Origin: Octopus vulgaris
Taxonomy: Eukaryota
Length of the DNA: 64,000 bases
Direction: 5' to 3'
Assembly (NCBI GenBank): GCA_951406725.2
Contig: OX597821.1
Location: forward strand, 39,184,001-39,248,000
Part shown: in pieces, positions 51,271-63,110 of the stretch
Position numbering within the stretch: the first letter of the stretch is position 1
Layout: each line of letters opens with the position of its first letter
Notes under the pieces: generated by a model
Seen by the model: the letters and a program-made list of their open reading frames with translations, nothing else
Told to the model about the DNA's origin: nothing
Database searches by the model: none
Translations under genes and position numbers: made by a program

Positions 51271-52179
51271 ATGATTTTAAAAATAATACAATAAATCCTG
51301 TGATTCCCAATCTGTTGACTTTCTGTTGCCATTTCTAGTTTGCTTTGTTTAATAATGAAACACTGTCTGATACAAATATCTTGTGAGTTGAGTGAATTTT
51401 GAAATTCTGTCAAGTTTGAATGTAACGATTTTCATCTGACTAATTTGTATCTGATGTTATGGGGGGGGATCTGTTACAATATATGAATGGCAAAATTCTT
51501 GTGACATAATCCTTGCCCTTTTAAGCGTATTAGCTACTTCCAAAGTCTTCTTTGCCGTGATCTTGGAATCAATATAGAACAGAGATTTTCTGGACAACTT
51601 TCAGTTCTATGATTCTTGTAAGGTGTTACATTTAAGAAGAAAATATTGGTAAACTTGTTCATCCAAACAAAATTTATGCAAGAATTGGCGGAAAATATTA
51701 CGAACACTGTTCGATACTAGATTCTCTGAGAATATTTATTAAGTAATATATATGAACAACCCACTGGCTTTCAGTTAATCCATGTTAAGGAAGAGTTCTG
51801 CACTTTATGGCACTTTAGAGAACTGAGAAGATACTTAGGCCTCAACGGTAAAGAGAAAGGATAAAGAAAGAGACATAGAATCGATGTGATATCTAGTCTT
51901 ACGCAAATCAGTCTATAATTTTCTTCTGAAGCAGAAATCATAGGATGCCACAATATGGCTGCAGGGAAGTGACTCACTAGAGTATAAATTTATTTTACAT
52001 CATCGCAGTCAGTGTAATTTATGTTGTAGCATTTTGATTTAAAAGCGGGGAGTGGGGTGGGGTGGGGTGGGGTGGGGTGTAAATTATGAAGCAACAAAAA
52101 AATATATTCGGTTAAGATTTGCATATTTCAACTGAATTCAGAAACTGAGAATGAAGAAATTTTTGGTGTCTGGGGAGAT

Positions 52180-52214
<35 letters not shown>

Positions 52215-52290
52215 ACTGTGCTCACACTCACACACACATATAGCCTTACATACATATATATGTGTGTGTGTGCATGCATAAGTGAATGTG

Positions 52291-52338
<48 letters not shown>

Positions 52339-52343
<5 letters not shown>

Positions 52344-53050
52344 GTATATATGTGTGTATATATACATGTATATATATATAAGTATAAGGTGTGTTGTGAG
52401 CATTTATAGAACATGTATCCTATATAAACTCAATAAACAATCAAAGATGGAGAAGAGAAGATGTTAAGAGTTTTATAAAATTTTCATCTATGCATACAAT
52501 CATTTCGAATGGTAACCACCAACATGTAAGAAACATAGAAAAAATGAAATTAATTATAAAATGTAATTAAATTAATTTAATTACATATTAGTGTTAAGTC
52601 TAGTTGTGTAAGAATTAAAACTGAGTATTAGTTCTTACACAACTAGACTCAACACTACCTAAGCATGTTATTTCATCCTTCATGATCATTTTATGAATAT
52701 CCGAATGAGTTATGCGACACGGACTCCATATAGTCTTCTGTACCAACATAATATTCTTCTGATACTTTCTTTCTGATGTATTCTTCTTTTTGCACTGAGG
52801 AGAATGGTAATATGTAATTACATTAATTTGATTATAATTAATTTAATTTTTTCTATGTTTCTTTACATGTTGGTGTTACCATTCAAGATGATTGTATGCA
52901 TGGATTAAAATTTTATAAAACTCTTAACATTTTCTCTTCTCCATCTTTAATTGTTTGTTGAGTTTATATAGGATACGTGTTCAATAAATGCTCATAAAAC
53001 ACCTTATACTTATATATATACATGTATATATACACACATATATGCATATA
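52339..53050. repeat. Large fold-back element, ~250-bp arms (52339-52590 / 52808-53050) with nested hairpin 52589-52657
   Basis: Arms align as reverse complements with scattered mismatches. Inner stem agtgttaagtctagttgtgtaagaa / ttcttacacaactagactcaacact. Confidence 0.95.
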
Positions 53051-53414
53051 TATTATTATCTCATATCTGATTAGCCATTATTACATAACATGCTTCACGA
53101 TTTTAGTAGACATACCTTATTAGTATTTTCTTCTATGTTCTACATATTCTGGGATGCATTAAAGCCCTTTTAGGGGCTAAGTTATTTGAATTCTTACAAC
53201 TGGGTAACTAATTTCACGTTATTACATTACTGACTTCACAATTTGGGTATTCAGAAATTATTGGGTATTCCTAAGACAAGATTCTCTGTAAGACAGTTTG
53301 GTATTCTCTGTAAATGTACAAAAACTGTTCTACGGGATACACACTTTATATTGTTATTGGATTAGCAAAACAATTATGAGAATGGAACCGAGGGATAAAC
53401 CCCACTATATATAT

Positions 53415-53716
53415 AAGTTTGAAAACGCTACTATATAAGATAAATTTTAATTTTAGTAGCAACTGCTACTGCTGCTGTTTTGACCACTGGTTATTTTCAC
53501 AACTACAGTCAACGCGCAAGACAGCCATTATGATCCCCCAACAAAACACCACCACGTGGACTCTGTTGAGACTAGTCAGAAACAATTATGAACTTTTTTA
53601 TTACACTTAACTTTTAAAAATATATTTATTAAGGTTGGTTTTTTTAAAAAGAACCGAAACATGTAAAATCTCAAAGAAGATTAAAATTTATCTTATACAG
53701 TAGCGTTTTCAAACTT
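53415..53716. repeat. Fold-back element with 37-bp arms and degenerate hammerhead-like cores inside
   Basis: 53415-53451 vs 53680-53716, one mismatch. Internal CTGTTGA-GACTAGTC-A-GAAAC (53563-53583) and GGTT...AACC-GAAAC-ATGTA (~53633-53665). Confidence 0.8.
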
Positions 53717-53759
53717 CTTTTTATAAATATACACCCACTCGTACGCCACCTACACTTAT

Positions 53760-53803
<44 letters not shown>

Positions 53804-53812
<9 letters not shown>

Positions 53813-54213
53813 CAAAATAGAGTGAAAAGCTACAGAAGGCTTGTGTTATATGGTTAAAGAATATTTTAAAATTGTTATGTTAGAAAAATGTTATAAAATT
53901 TTACGTATAGTAACATTGTTTTTGAAGAAATAACCAGTTTTGTATTTTCTTATCAAATTTCTTTACCGATATTGTGTCATCTCTTCACTATGTTGTTAAA
54001 TATGGAGTTCCAGACAGGAACGTAATCAGGAAATTTTTCATTATAAGGGAGGTAATAAAAAATGTTGGGAATGACTAGGCTTGATTAATTTAACATGATA
54101 TGGTTTAGAAAGAGTAGAATATTACATTTTTCTAACATAATGATTTAAATATATTCTTTAACCATATAACACAAGCCTTCTGTAGTTTTTTTCACTCAAT
54201 TTTGTCTTTTATA
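53804..54213. repeat. (TA)n-anchored fold-back element, ~100-bp arms
   Basis: 53804-53904 vs 54114-54213 (ctacagaaggcttgtgttatatggttaaagaatat / atattctttaaccatataacacaagccttctgtag). Confidence 0.93.
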
Positions 54214-54244
54214 ATCTAACCACCTGCTTTCACATAACAACCCG

Positions 54245-54455
54245 CTCACACACACATATATATATATACATGTATATATATATACATGTATATATATATA
54301 CATATATATACACACACACACATATACATGTACATATATATAATATGTATATATATATACACACACAAACACATATAATATATATATTATATATGTGTGT
54401 GTGTATATATACATGTACATATATATAATATATATATATATATACACACACACAT

Positions 54456-54504
<49 letters not shown>

Positions 54505-54580
54505 TATATAATATATATATATATACATATATATATGCATGTGTGTGTGTACATGCACATATGCATGTATGTATGTATAT
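54245..54580. repeat. Compound (TA)/(CA)/(TG) microsatellite
   Basis: Directly visible. Source of the Y/I-rich ORFs. Confidence 0.95.
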
Positions 54581-55033
54581 CATTGAGACAAAATATCTTC
54601 ATAAGTTTTATTTCTTTTTTTGTTACAAATGTCAGTTGCATGCTGAATGTACTGACTTCACCGATTCTCCTGGATCTCAAGGTAATACACTCATTATATT
54701 GGTTCTATGGCTGAGGGAAATAATAGAAGTAGTGTTTCTAAAGAGGCATCGTTATGATGAAAGGGACATTGAAGATGATGATTGTAACGATGATGATGAT
54801 GATAGTACAATAGCAATGTTTTTTTTTATTAGCCACAAGGGCTTGAAGAGATACAAATACACATGACTATTGCTAGGGGTTAGAAAGAGAGAAAAGATAA
54901 TGCAGAGTGTGCAAAAACATGGTGACATATTATGAAGGGATTCAAGTAAGAGATGTCATGCCATATATGGGAGGACATTTTAAAGGTACACACACCTGCA
55001 CACCCCTATATGTATGTGTTATATATATATATA

Positions 55034-55425
55034 TACGAGCAAAAAGCCCCCTGTCCAATGGACGGTACTGAGTTGTCAAATATTTAAACCAAATTTCCTC
55101 AAAACAACTTGTCTGACCGTCCCATTTTGTGGCATTATTTCAAGCCAGCCAGCATTTTTTGCGCAAACTGCATGTGCATTTTTATCACGTACGCGTAGTA
55201 TTGATTGCAACAGCTGATGTACTTGCACATACAAATACACATTTCCACGGCTTTATCAATCGCATTCTCACCTGGAATCGATTTTTGTAATTTTTTCAAG
55301 AATTATGCATGCCCTGATACCGTCGGTATCTACATATCAAATTTGAGTGCAATCAGATGGAGGATGGCCAAGATCCTAGAAGACACACACACACAGACAG
55401 ACAGAACGGATTTTGTATAATATAC
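55034..55425 (+). mobile_element. Helitron/Helentron-type non-autonomous element (HINE-like)
   Basis: Inserted in (TA)n, CpG-rich. 3' end CAAATTTGAGTGCAATC...(CA)n GACAGACAGA...TTTTGTATA is the typical HINE/DINE-1-like organisation. A weaker similar end lies at ~37090-37180. Confidence 0.55.
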
Positions 55426-55431
55426 ATATAT

Positions 55432-55760
55432 ATCATCATCATCATCATCGTTTAGCGTCTGCTTTCCATGCTAGCATGGGTTGGACGGTTCAATTGGGGT
55501 CTGGGAAGCCAGAAAGCTGCACCAGACCCAGTCTGATCTGGCAATGTTTCTACGGCTGGATGCCCGATATATATATATCATCATCATCATCATCATCGTT
55601 TAACGTCCGTTCTCCATGCTAGCATGGGTTGGACGGTTCGACCGGGGATCTGGGAAGCCAGAAGGCTGCACCAGGCTCCAGTCTTATCTGGCAATGTTTC
55701 TACAGCTTGATGCCCTTCCTAACGCCAACCACTCCGTGAGTGTAGTGGGTGCTTTTTACG
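55432..55760 (-). mobile_element. SINE family C 3' ends, two in tandem
   Basis: (CAT)n CGTTTA...CCATGCTAGCATGGGTTGGACGGTTC occurs twice (55432 and ~55577). Confidence 0.85.
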
Positions 55761-55766
55761 TAAAAA

Positions 55767-56570
55767 TACATGGTGTGATAGGTAAATTGTCACCATTGTA
55801 TATTTTTAGTTTCATGCATGTGCATTGTTTGTTTTTGATTTTGTCAACCACACAGTACGGTAGGGCAATTGGGCACTGTCTGTGAGAAAAGCAGCAGCAT
55901 CACGCAATTCACTCTGTCAGAAATTTGGAAATAACATGCTGTACTTGTTGGCATTCATGCTGAAATCTCCAGTACGAACATTTCAGAGTATTTGAGTGTC
56001 AATCTGAGGACATGTACCGAGAGTGATAAAAATCAAACATCCAGTGAACATCATGGTGTTTGGAGTGATGACTAGTGATAGTGACATGCCTCCATTCATT
56101 TTCCTACACAGTCTCAGACTCTGCACAGAGGCTTTCATCAAGTTCCTGGAGGAGGTAGTGCTGCCTTGAGTGAAGAGGGTGGCTGCTGGAAGACTCTATG
56201 TCTGGCGACAGGACTCTGCACCATGCCACACAAGCAGGAGAAACCAATTATGGCTGCCAAACAATTTCTGTGACCACATCACCCCTAACATCTGGCCACC
56301 TAACTCCTCCGACTGTAACCCCCTTGATTATTATGTGTGGGGTGCAGTTGAGTGAGAGACCAACAAAACTCCTTGTAACACAAAAAACAAACTGAAGGCA
56401 AGGATTATGGCAGCATTCACCGACTTAAACAAAGAAACCGTCCAGAAGATTTGCCGGAGATTCCAAAGTAGTCTGGAGGCTGTGGTTGGAGCCAATGATG
56501 ATTTTATTGAATAAATTTACTCTTTAGTATCTGAAGATATTTTTATGTAAATTTAGTAAATATATCTGTC
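55767..56570 (+). pseudogene. Tc1/mariner-superfamily DD37D (maT-type) transposase pseudogene, internally deleted
   Basis: KHPVNIMVFGV ... VWRQDSAPCHTS ... WPPNSSDCNPLDYYVWG ... LEAVVGANDDFIE*. There are 37 residues between the second and third catalytic D. In-frame stops at ~56167 and ~56353. TA-catggtgtgatagg TIR-like 5' end. Confidence 0.9.
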
Positions 56571-57549
56571 GATGATGATGCTCTGTGGAACCACTCTGTA
56601 AGATGTCATTTGGTGCAGCAATTCATCTAATTTCTTAAAAACAAAAAAAATTCTGTTTATCATCTTTTAAGACTTTACTCGAGTAAATTTCAAAGCAATT
56701 TCACTATTTTCTTTGGATGGGACATAGCTGGTGCTGTTCCTGTATTTGTTATTATCATTTGCTCCCCCATCCATGTAGAAACCCTATTTTACAGATTTTA
56801 AACATACAAATAATTTTTGGAAAAAATAAAGCGGCTGAAAGTCTGAACTTTTGTCCTGTGCAAGTAGAGAGATAACTGACCATAGTCCAGAGTTGTCCAC
56901 TTGCAAAATAATTCAGACATGGAAAATTTTTATCCAATAAAATTTGGTGGCGGTGCCCCAGCATGGCCACAGCTCATTAGCTGAAACTGGAAAAATAAAA
57001 AATCAAATCAAAAATCATTTAATTTTCTTGGAGCTATCTCCAGAAATGCCCATATTCTCCAAAATACACAAACTCAAAAAAAAAAAGAAACAAACAAACA
57101 AAAATGATATAATTTTTTTTATTTTGCTTCAAGATGGAGTGATAAGTGGAGAAATTTAATAGTGAGTGTTTTTAGAGAATCAATTATAAATTAATTGAAC
57201 AAGTAGATAAGGGTTAATAATAATATTAAACCAATATAGCATATGCTTAATATAGTCATCACAAATGGTACAGCTTATACGAAATACTTAATGATATAAC
57301 ACATTCTATATTGAACATATTTTATGTAAGTTAATAGAAAAAACAATATAACAATAAATAAATAACAAAACAAAACTGATGTTGCAGACAAACTTCGTTC
57401 TCTACCTTCAGTACACAATGTGACATTCACTTCAGAAATTTGGAGCGGCACCTGACTTTCATGAAACATCTGAAAATACGATGTTAATGATAATAATATT
57501 AATAATAATAATAATAATAACAATAATAATAAATTATAATAATAACAAT

Positions 57550-57745
57550 GGTTTCAAATTTTGGCACAAGGCCAGCAATTTTAGGGGGAGAGGTAAGTCG
57601 ATTACATTGGCCCCAGTTCTCAACTGGTACATATCTTATTGACCCGGAAGGATGAAAAGCGAGGTCAACCTAAATGAAATTTGAACTCAGAATATCACTG
57701 AGCATTTTGCCTAACATGCTAATGATTCTACCAGCTCACTGCCTT
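57550..57745 (-). mobile_element. SINE family A
   Basis: GGCACAAGGCCAGCAATTT...GGATGAAAAGCGAGGTCAACC..ATTTGAACTCAGAA. Confidence 0.75.
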
Positions 57746-57924
57746 GGTGGTGGTGGTAGTGGTGGTGGTGGTGGTGGAGCAACAGCAGCAGTACCAGGCT
57801 GTGGCTCTCATGGCTTCTCATCTTAACTGATTAGAAGTGTTATCAGGTACATGTTTTGTTTTGGTATAAAAGATGGGTTACAGCAACTATTCTGCTCAGT
57901 ACCACAGATTTGCATGTCAGTTGT

Positions 57925-58500
57925 TCCTTTTGAGTGTTGGGCCTCATTGAGGCGAGGTGGCTGAGATCATTTTGAGTAGGCTTCACAAAAGTGATGTGGT
58001 TGAATTCCTTTTGAGCATTGAACTACAATGGAGGCAAAGTGGCTGAGCTCCTTTCGAGTGTTGGGCCTCACAGGGGCAAGGTGGCTGAGTTCCTTTTGAA
58101 TGGGCCTCACAGAGGTTAGGTGGCTGAGTTCCTTTTGAGTGTTAGGCCTCATGGAGGCAAAGTGGCCAAATTCCTTTCGAGTGTTGGCCCTCATGGATGC
58201 AATGGCCAAGACCTTTAGCATTATGTCATGCTTGAGAAGAAGACCCATCAAGCTGAGCAAAATCGCAGTTGTGGTAGATACCAGTGTCACACAAATGGCA
58301 CCCAGCCATGTTGGTGACACGTAAAAGCACCCATTACACTCTCGGAGAAGTTGGCGTTAGGAAGGGCATCAAGCTGTAGAAAACCATGCTAAATCAGACT
58401 GGATCCTAGTGCAGCCTTCCAGTGTGCCAGCCCAGTCAAACCATCCAACCCATGCCAGCATGGACAACAGACGTTAAATGATGATGATGATGAGGATGAT
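57925..58500 (+). mobile_element. ~40-bp minisatellite followed by family C SINE 3' part
   Basis: About 7 units of GAGTTCCTTTTGAGTGTTGGGCCTCA..GAGGCAAAGTGGCT (57925-58210), then GGCGTTAGGAAGGGCATC ... GACGTTAAATGATGAT. Confidence 0.8.
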
Positions 58501-58511
58501 TTCTGTTGTTG

Positions 58512-58516
<5 letters not shown>

Positions 58517-58554
<38 letters not shown>

Positions 58555-59032
58555 CATTATTATTATTATCATCATCATCTTTCAATTCTGTTCCCATTTC
58601 TTGCCGAGTGTCTTCCTGACACCTAGATCAGAGAAACGTAACATATACAGTGGTAGGCCATTAAAACAAGTACACCAACTTGTTCATTTACAGAGTCATG
58701 TGATAGAGAAAAGGGGAAGACAGAGAGAAAAAGGAAAAAAATTTAAAAATAGAAAAGTAAACAAATAAAATAAAGGAGGAAAAAGGAAAGAAAATTCACT
58801 TCGACAATGCTCTTCTCAATACATGTGACCAGTTACCAGTTAAGACAATCTTTTGCACTTGCTTCATGGATGGTAAGCCAATGATCAATTCCATTTTTGA
58901 TCATTCCAAGTGCTCCCACAATCACTGGTATTGTAACTTTCTTGAGATGCCATATATTTTCGATTTCAATTAGCAAATCTTTATATTTTCTGAGCTTATC
59001 AAATTCTTTTGCTGTGATATTATGGTCACAGG

Positions 59033-59036
<4 letters not shown>
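58517..59036 (-). mobile_element. R4/Dong LINE 3' end (RLE endonuclease tail, 3' UTR, AAT tail)
   Basis: IPCDHNITAKEFDKLRKYKDLLIEIENIWHLKKVTIPVIVGALGMIK ... LRRALS is the R4/Dong restriction-like endonuclease C-terminus (K..KY.DL..E...W....V.PV.VGALG). (AAT)n on the sense strand at both ends. Confidence 0.9.
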
Positions 59037-59071
<35 letters not shown>

Positions 59072-59072
<1 letters not shown>

Positions 59073-59540
59073 TGAGCAAGAGAGCAGTGCATGCCAGCAA
59101 AGTGACACTGGGGTAAAATATATGAGGCTCAGTATACCCATCATGACTACCCATCTGATAAGGGTACACCAGGTACATGCATCACAACCATACGTGCATG
59201 ATATGGTGATCCCATATCAAAATAAACAGTGCATGACCTTGCAGGTGGAGCCCAGTTAGAATTTTCTTCTGGTCGAGTAACCCATCCAGCTCAAAAGATC
59301 CCTGGAATAAGAGTTGTTTAAGGATGTTGAACGAAGCGCCCATGTTCCCAGAGGTGAATTATTCAAACCCCAAAGAATCCCTCTCAACACATGGCTATGA
59401 TGCTCCCCCACTACTTCTGCTCGTGATCAGAGCTGTATATATATCATCAGCCATTAAGGTTAAGGTCAAACAACTGACAAGCAAATCTGTGGTATTGAGC
59501 AGAATATTTGCTGTATCCCATATTTTATATCAAAACAAAT
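59072..59540 (-). mobile_element. Family D element (truncated)
   Basis: Aligns with 59562-60116, with an internal deletion. Confidence 0.85.
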
Positions 59541-59561
59541 TATTATTATTATTATTATTAT

Positions 59562-60116
59562 TGAGTGAGCGAGCAGAGCATGCCATCAAAGTGACACTGG
59601 GGTAAAATATACGAAGCCCAATATACCCATCATGACTACCCGACTGATAAAGGTACACCGGGCACATGCATCACAACCATATGTATGCGACATGGTGATC
59701 TCATATCAAGATAAACAGCACATGACCTTGCAGGTGGGGCCCAGTTAGAATTTTCTTCAGGTTGAGTAGCCCATCCCGCTCAAACGGTCCCTGAATAAGG
59801 GTTGTTTAAGGATGTTGAAAGAACCACCCATGTTTCCAGAGGTGAACTATTCAAACTCCAAAGAATCCCTCTCAACACATGGCTATGATGCTCCCCCACT
59901 ACTTCTGCTCGTGATCGGAGATGCACATATCGTCAGCCACTAAGGGACATGCTCAACTGGTTAAGGTCAAACAACTGACAAGCAAATCTGTGGTATTGAG
60001 CAGAATATTTGCTGTAGCCCATCTTTTATATCAAAACAAAACAATGTACATGATAACACTTCCAATCAGTTAAGATCAGAAGCCATGAGAGCCACTGCCT
60101 GGTACTGCATCAGGGC
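59562..60116 (-). mobile_element. Family D element, full length
   Basis: Reverse complement of 14361-14900, with (TAT)n on both sides. Confidence 0.9.
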
Positions 60117-60147
60117 ATTTATTATTATTATTATTATTTTTATTATT

Positions 60148-60178
<31 letters not shown>

Positions 60179-60857
60179 GTAGTAGTAGTAGTAGTAGTAG
60201 TAATATCATTATTTATCGTATTGAATATAATTGGAAGCCAGTTCAGCATAAATATGTTTGAAATGAGTGTGTGAAGAGTGCCATATCACAGCCGTGACAT
60301 CATTTCATTATGGACTAGAAACGAAAATAAAGTTACGCTGCCTACCTTTTAGTGGTGTTAAAGACAGACTTAATATTCAGAAAATTAGTGGAATATTTAA
60401 AAGATAAGTTCTCTAAAACTAGGATCTGATAGCTTATATTTGATGATTGAACATTATCGAACTAATTAATAAAGTAAACACTTTGTTGTACATTATCAAA
60501 ATAAAATATTGACTGGAAAATGAAAGGAAAGCTGTGAAGATTACCGAAGCAGGAATAGTATTGATTAATGGGCATTTTTAACATTAAAAGACAACATTAG
60601 ATTGTGAAAATTGCGTGGACATGGCAAATGAGAAAGATGAGTGGAAAATGAGGTTTTAAATGTCATAGGAAGCTGTTGAGAAATAAATTCATAACCCTGG
60701 GTGTATCAGTGAGTAGGATTTCCTGTATCTCGTTGATAAGAAAGTCTGATATATTCAGTTTAATTTACAGAGTGAGATGGGGATTCTCACTGCTGAGTTC
60801 TTTGCTACTAAGTGTGATACAGGGGAAAACTTTCATTGCCATGAATGTTGGTAGGCT

Positions 60858-61048
60858 TTAACCCTTTTGATACCAACCCGGCCAAAATCACCTCTGGCTC
60901 TGTAGTACAAATGTCTTGTTTTCATAAGTTTTGAATTAAAATCTTCCACCAAACTTTAGTCACAATTTATGTTCCCAACACTAGCTTAATGATAACTAAG
61001 TTCTTTTACTAAATTCTTTCAAAATAAATACGGTAACAAAAGGGTTAA
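60858..61048. mobile_element. piggyBac-type MITE
   Basis: TTAA-CCCTTTTGATACC ... GGTAACAAAAGGG-TTAA: 13-bp TIRs with one mismatch, TTAA TSD. Confidence 0.9.
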
Positions 61049-61049
61049 A

Positions 61050-61930
61050 GGTACAAGGGAAGATGGTTTTGGAGGTTAAATTTGTTTTCTTTAAGAATGT
61101 CTGTAAAAGTGTGTTGGTTGGAAATTAAAAAAGAAAAATTCTATAATGAGTCGAAAGTTGTTGTTGTATAAGAAAACAATTATTTTGTTGGTTTATGTTA
61201 AAGAGGAAAATAGCCATTAGAAGCTGGATACAAATCATAATGGCTGTAGTCAAACCAGAAAGAGCATATAATTACCATAAGAAAGATGTTGATTGGGGAT
61301 TTTTGAATTGAAATCTGGAACAAAAAAGGAATGCTTGAACATGAGTGTTACATTCAATATACAAGAATAATCAACAGGGAAAGGAAAAAAAATTGCAGCT
61401 GATGGACAAAGTGTGTAAATGATGGGCTGTTTTAAATTTGTAGAAAATTGTATGAATTTGTTGCTTTTTATTGGAGAGGTGTGGAAGCTCAAGAAACATT
61501 GAAGTCATTAAGGGATCCATTTATAAAAAGAATTTGCTGAGGTAGCTGTGTGTATGTAGGAGGGGAGATAATAGTGTAGTTGTGTGAATAATGGGTTATG
61601 CTTGGCAGAGGGCAGCACCTATGATTGGGAGTAACTAGGTTGGGAGTAACTGGTTGAAAGGAAAAAAAAAAAGAGTGCTTTGACTTCAGATTTGACATCA
61701 GTGTCTGCTAGACTTCATAGAATGATGACAGATTCAGAGAAAATATGAGAAAGGAAGAGCAGAATTAGTTTTTGTAGGATGTGAATAAGAAAACTTGAGA
61801 CAGGAGTGGGAGTCTGTTAATTGGTTAAAAACAATGTTAGAGTTGTGGATGATGTTGTTAGAAACAAAAATGTCATGTAAAGTTGATGGGAATATTGAAA
61901 ATATTTCATAAAAGTGTTGAGTTGATGGCC
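61050..61930 (-). mobile_element. Very old LINE remnant (APE-endonuclease-like)
   Basis: Minus strand NYTIISPPTYTQLPQQILFINGSLNDFNVS resembles the APE motif IY.PP...QLP....I.GDFN. Heavily decayed. Confidence 0.35.
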
Positions 61931-62939
61931 ATGAGATGATCAGCTCCCTTCCATTGTGCCTCTTCTTCTATAAAAATTATTTGTCACTAATTACTCTAAT
62001 GATAACGTCTTGATAAATCAAGTTTACACTTGCATTCATTAGTAATTATTGGTGTCTCATTTTCATTACATTTCTAAGTTTGTTTCCATTTCTGATGTCT
62101 TCGCCTGAAGCCTAAGTATTTCACTGCCTCAGTTTCACTTCTTATATATATCTCACACCTTGAACATGTGTCAGAAATCAATATATAATAATATTTTCTA
62201 TTTGAAATATGAGTTTATATGTTAATGCTGTTTTATTTGTTTTAATGAAGTTTTCAGCAATAAGAGGAACACTCGTGTGTCTAATGTGAGATTTTTCTGA
62301 GACTATATTATTGTGTCTTAAAACACAGAGATACATCAAAAGAATTCTTCCCACAAAAAGTTTTCTGTTTCAGAGTAGATTTCCTTTGATTAAATTTGGC
62401 ATTAGTGTTAAGGGTCGGAGGTTAAAGATACACACAACCAATATAAAACTTATGATAGACTTGCAATTCTAAGCTTATCAACAGAAATGACTGATTTACC
62501 ATCCTCGGCGGGGGCAGGAAGTTTTACTGATAATGTACAAGTTATCATCAACTCATTTTATTAATACCAAGTAATAAAACTGATCAGACTTAGAAACTTT
62601 AAAGTATCAGCCATATATTTCTATAATAATAAAAAGAAGCACATATTACTGTGTTGTTAGGGGTAGTGAAAAACCAAAGAAATGATGAGCTGGTGAAAGA
62701 GGTTCACTACTGTATGTAGTTATGAGTTGGTGGACTTAGCCAGTGGTTTTGTTTAGTTTACTGTTCAAGTGTTTTGATGGGAAGGGCCAACAATATTTGG
62801 GCCACTTATTTCTGTGTCCAAGTAATATGGTGAATACTTCTTCAATGGTCTCTCACTACAAACTAATACCCCGTCTTTTTTTCCTCCAGTATCAGATTCT
62901 ACAATAATATTAAATAACAATATAAGGTTGGCCGAAGCC

Positions 62940-63110
62940 TGAGCAACATTTTGTCTGTCTTTACATTCTGAGTTCAAATTCTGTTGAGGTTGACTTTGCA
63001 TTTCATCCTTTTGGGATCGATAAAATAAGTACCAGTTGAATACTGGGGCCAATGTAACTGACCCCGTCCCCTGAAATTGCTGGCCTTGTGTCCAAATTTG
63101 AAACCAATAT
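62940..63110 (+). mobile_element. SINE family A
   Basis: ACATTCTGAGTTCAAATTCTGTTGAGGTTGACTTTGCATTTCATCCTTTTGGGATCGATAAAATAAGTACCAGTTG. Confidence 0.8.

Noticed and set aside
57405-57470. Minus-strand mini-exon MFHESQVPLQISEVNVTLCTE after a tttcAG acceptor
   Set aside because: Weak donor (GTAGAG), no homology recognised and no compatible neighbouring exons.
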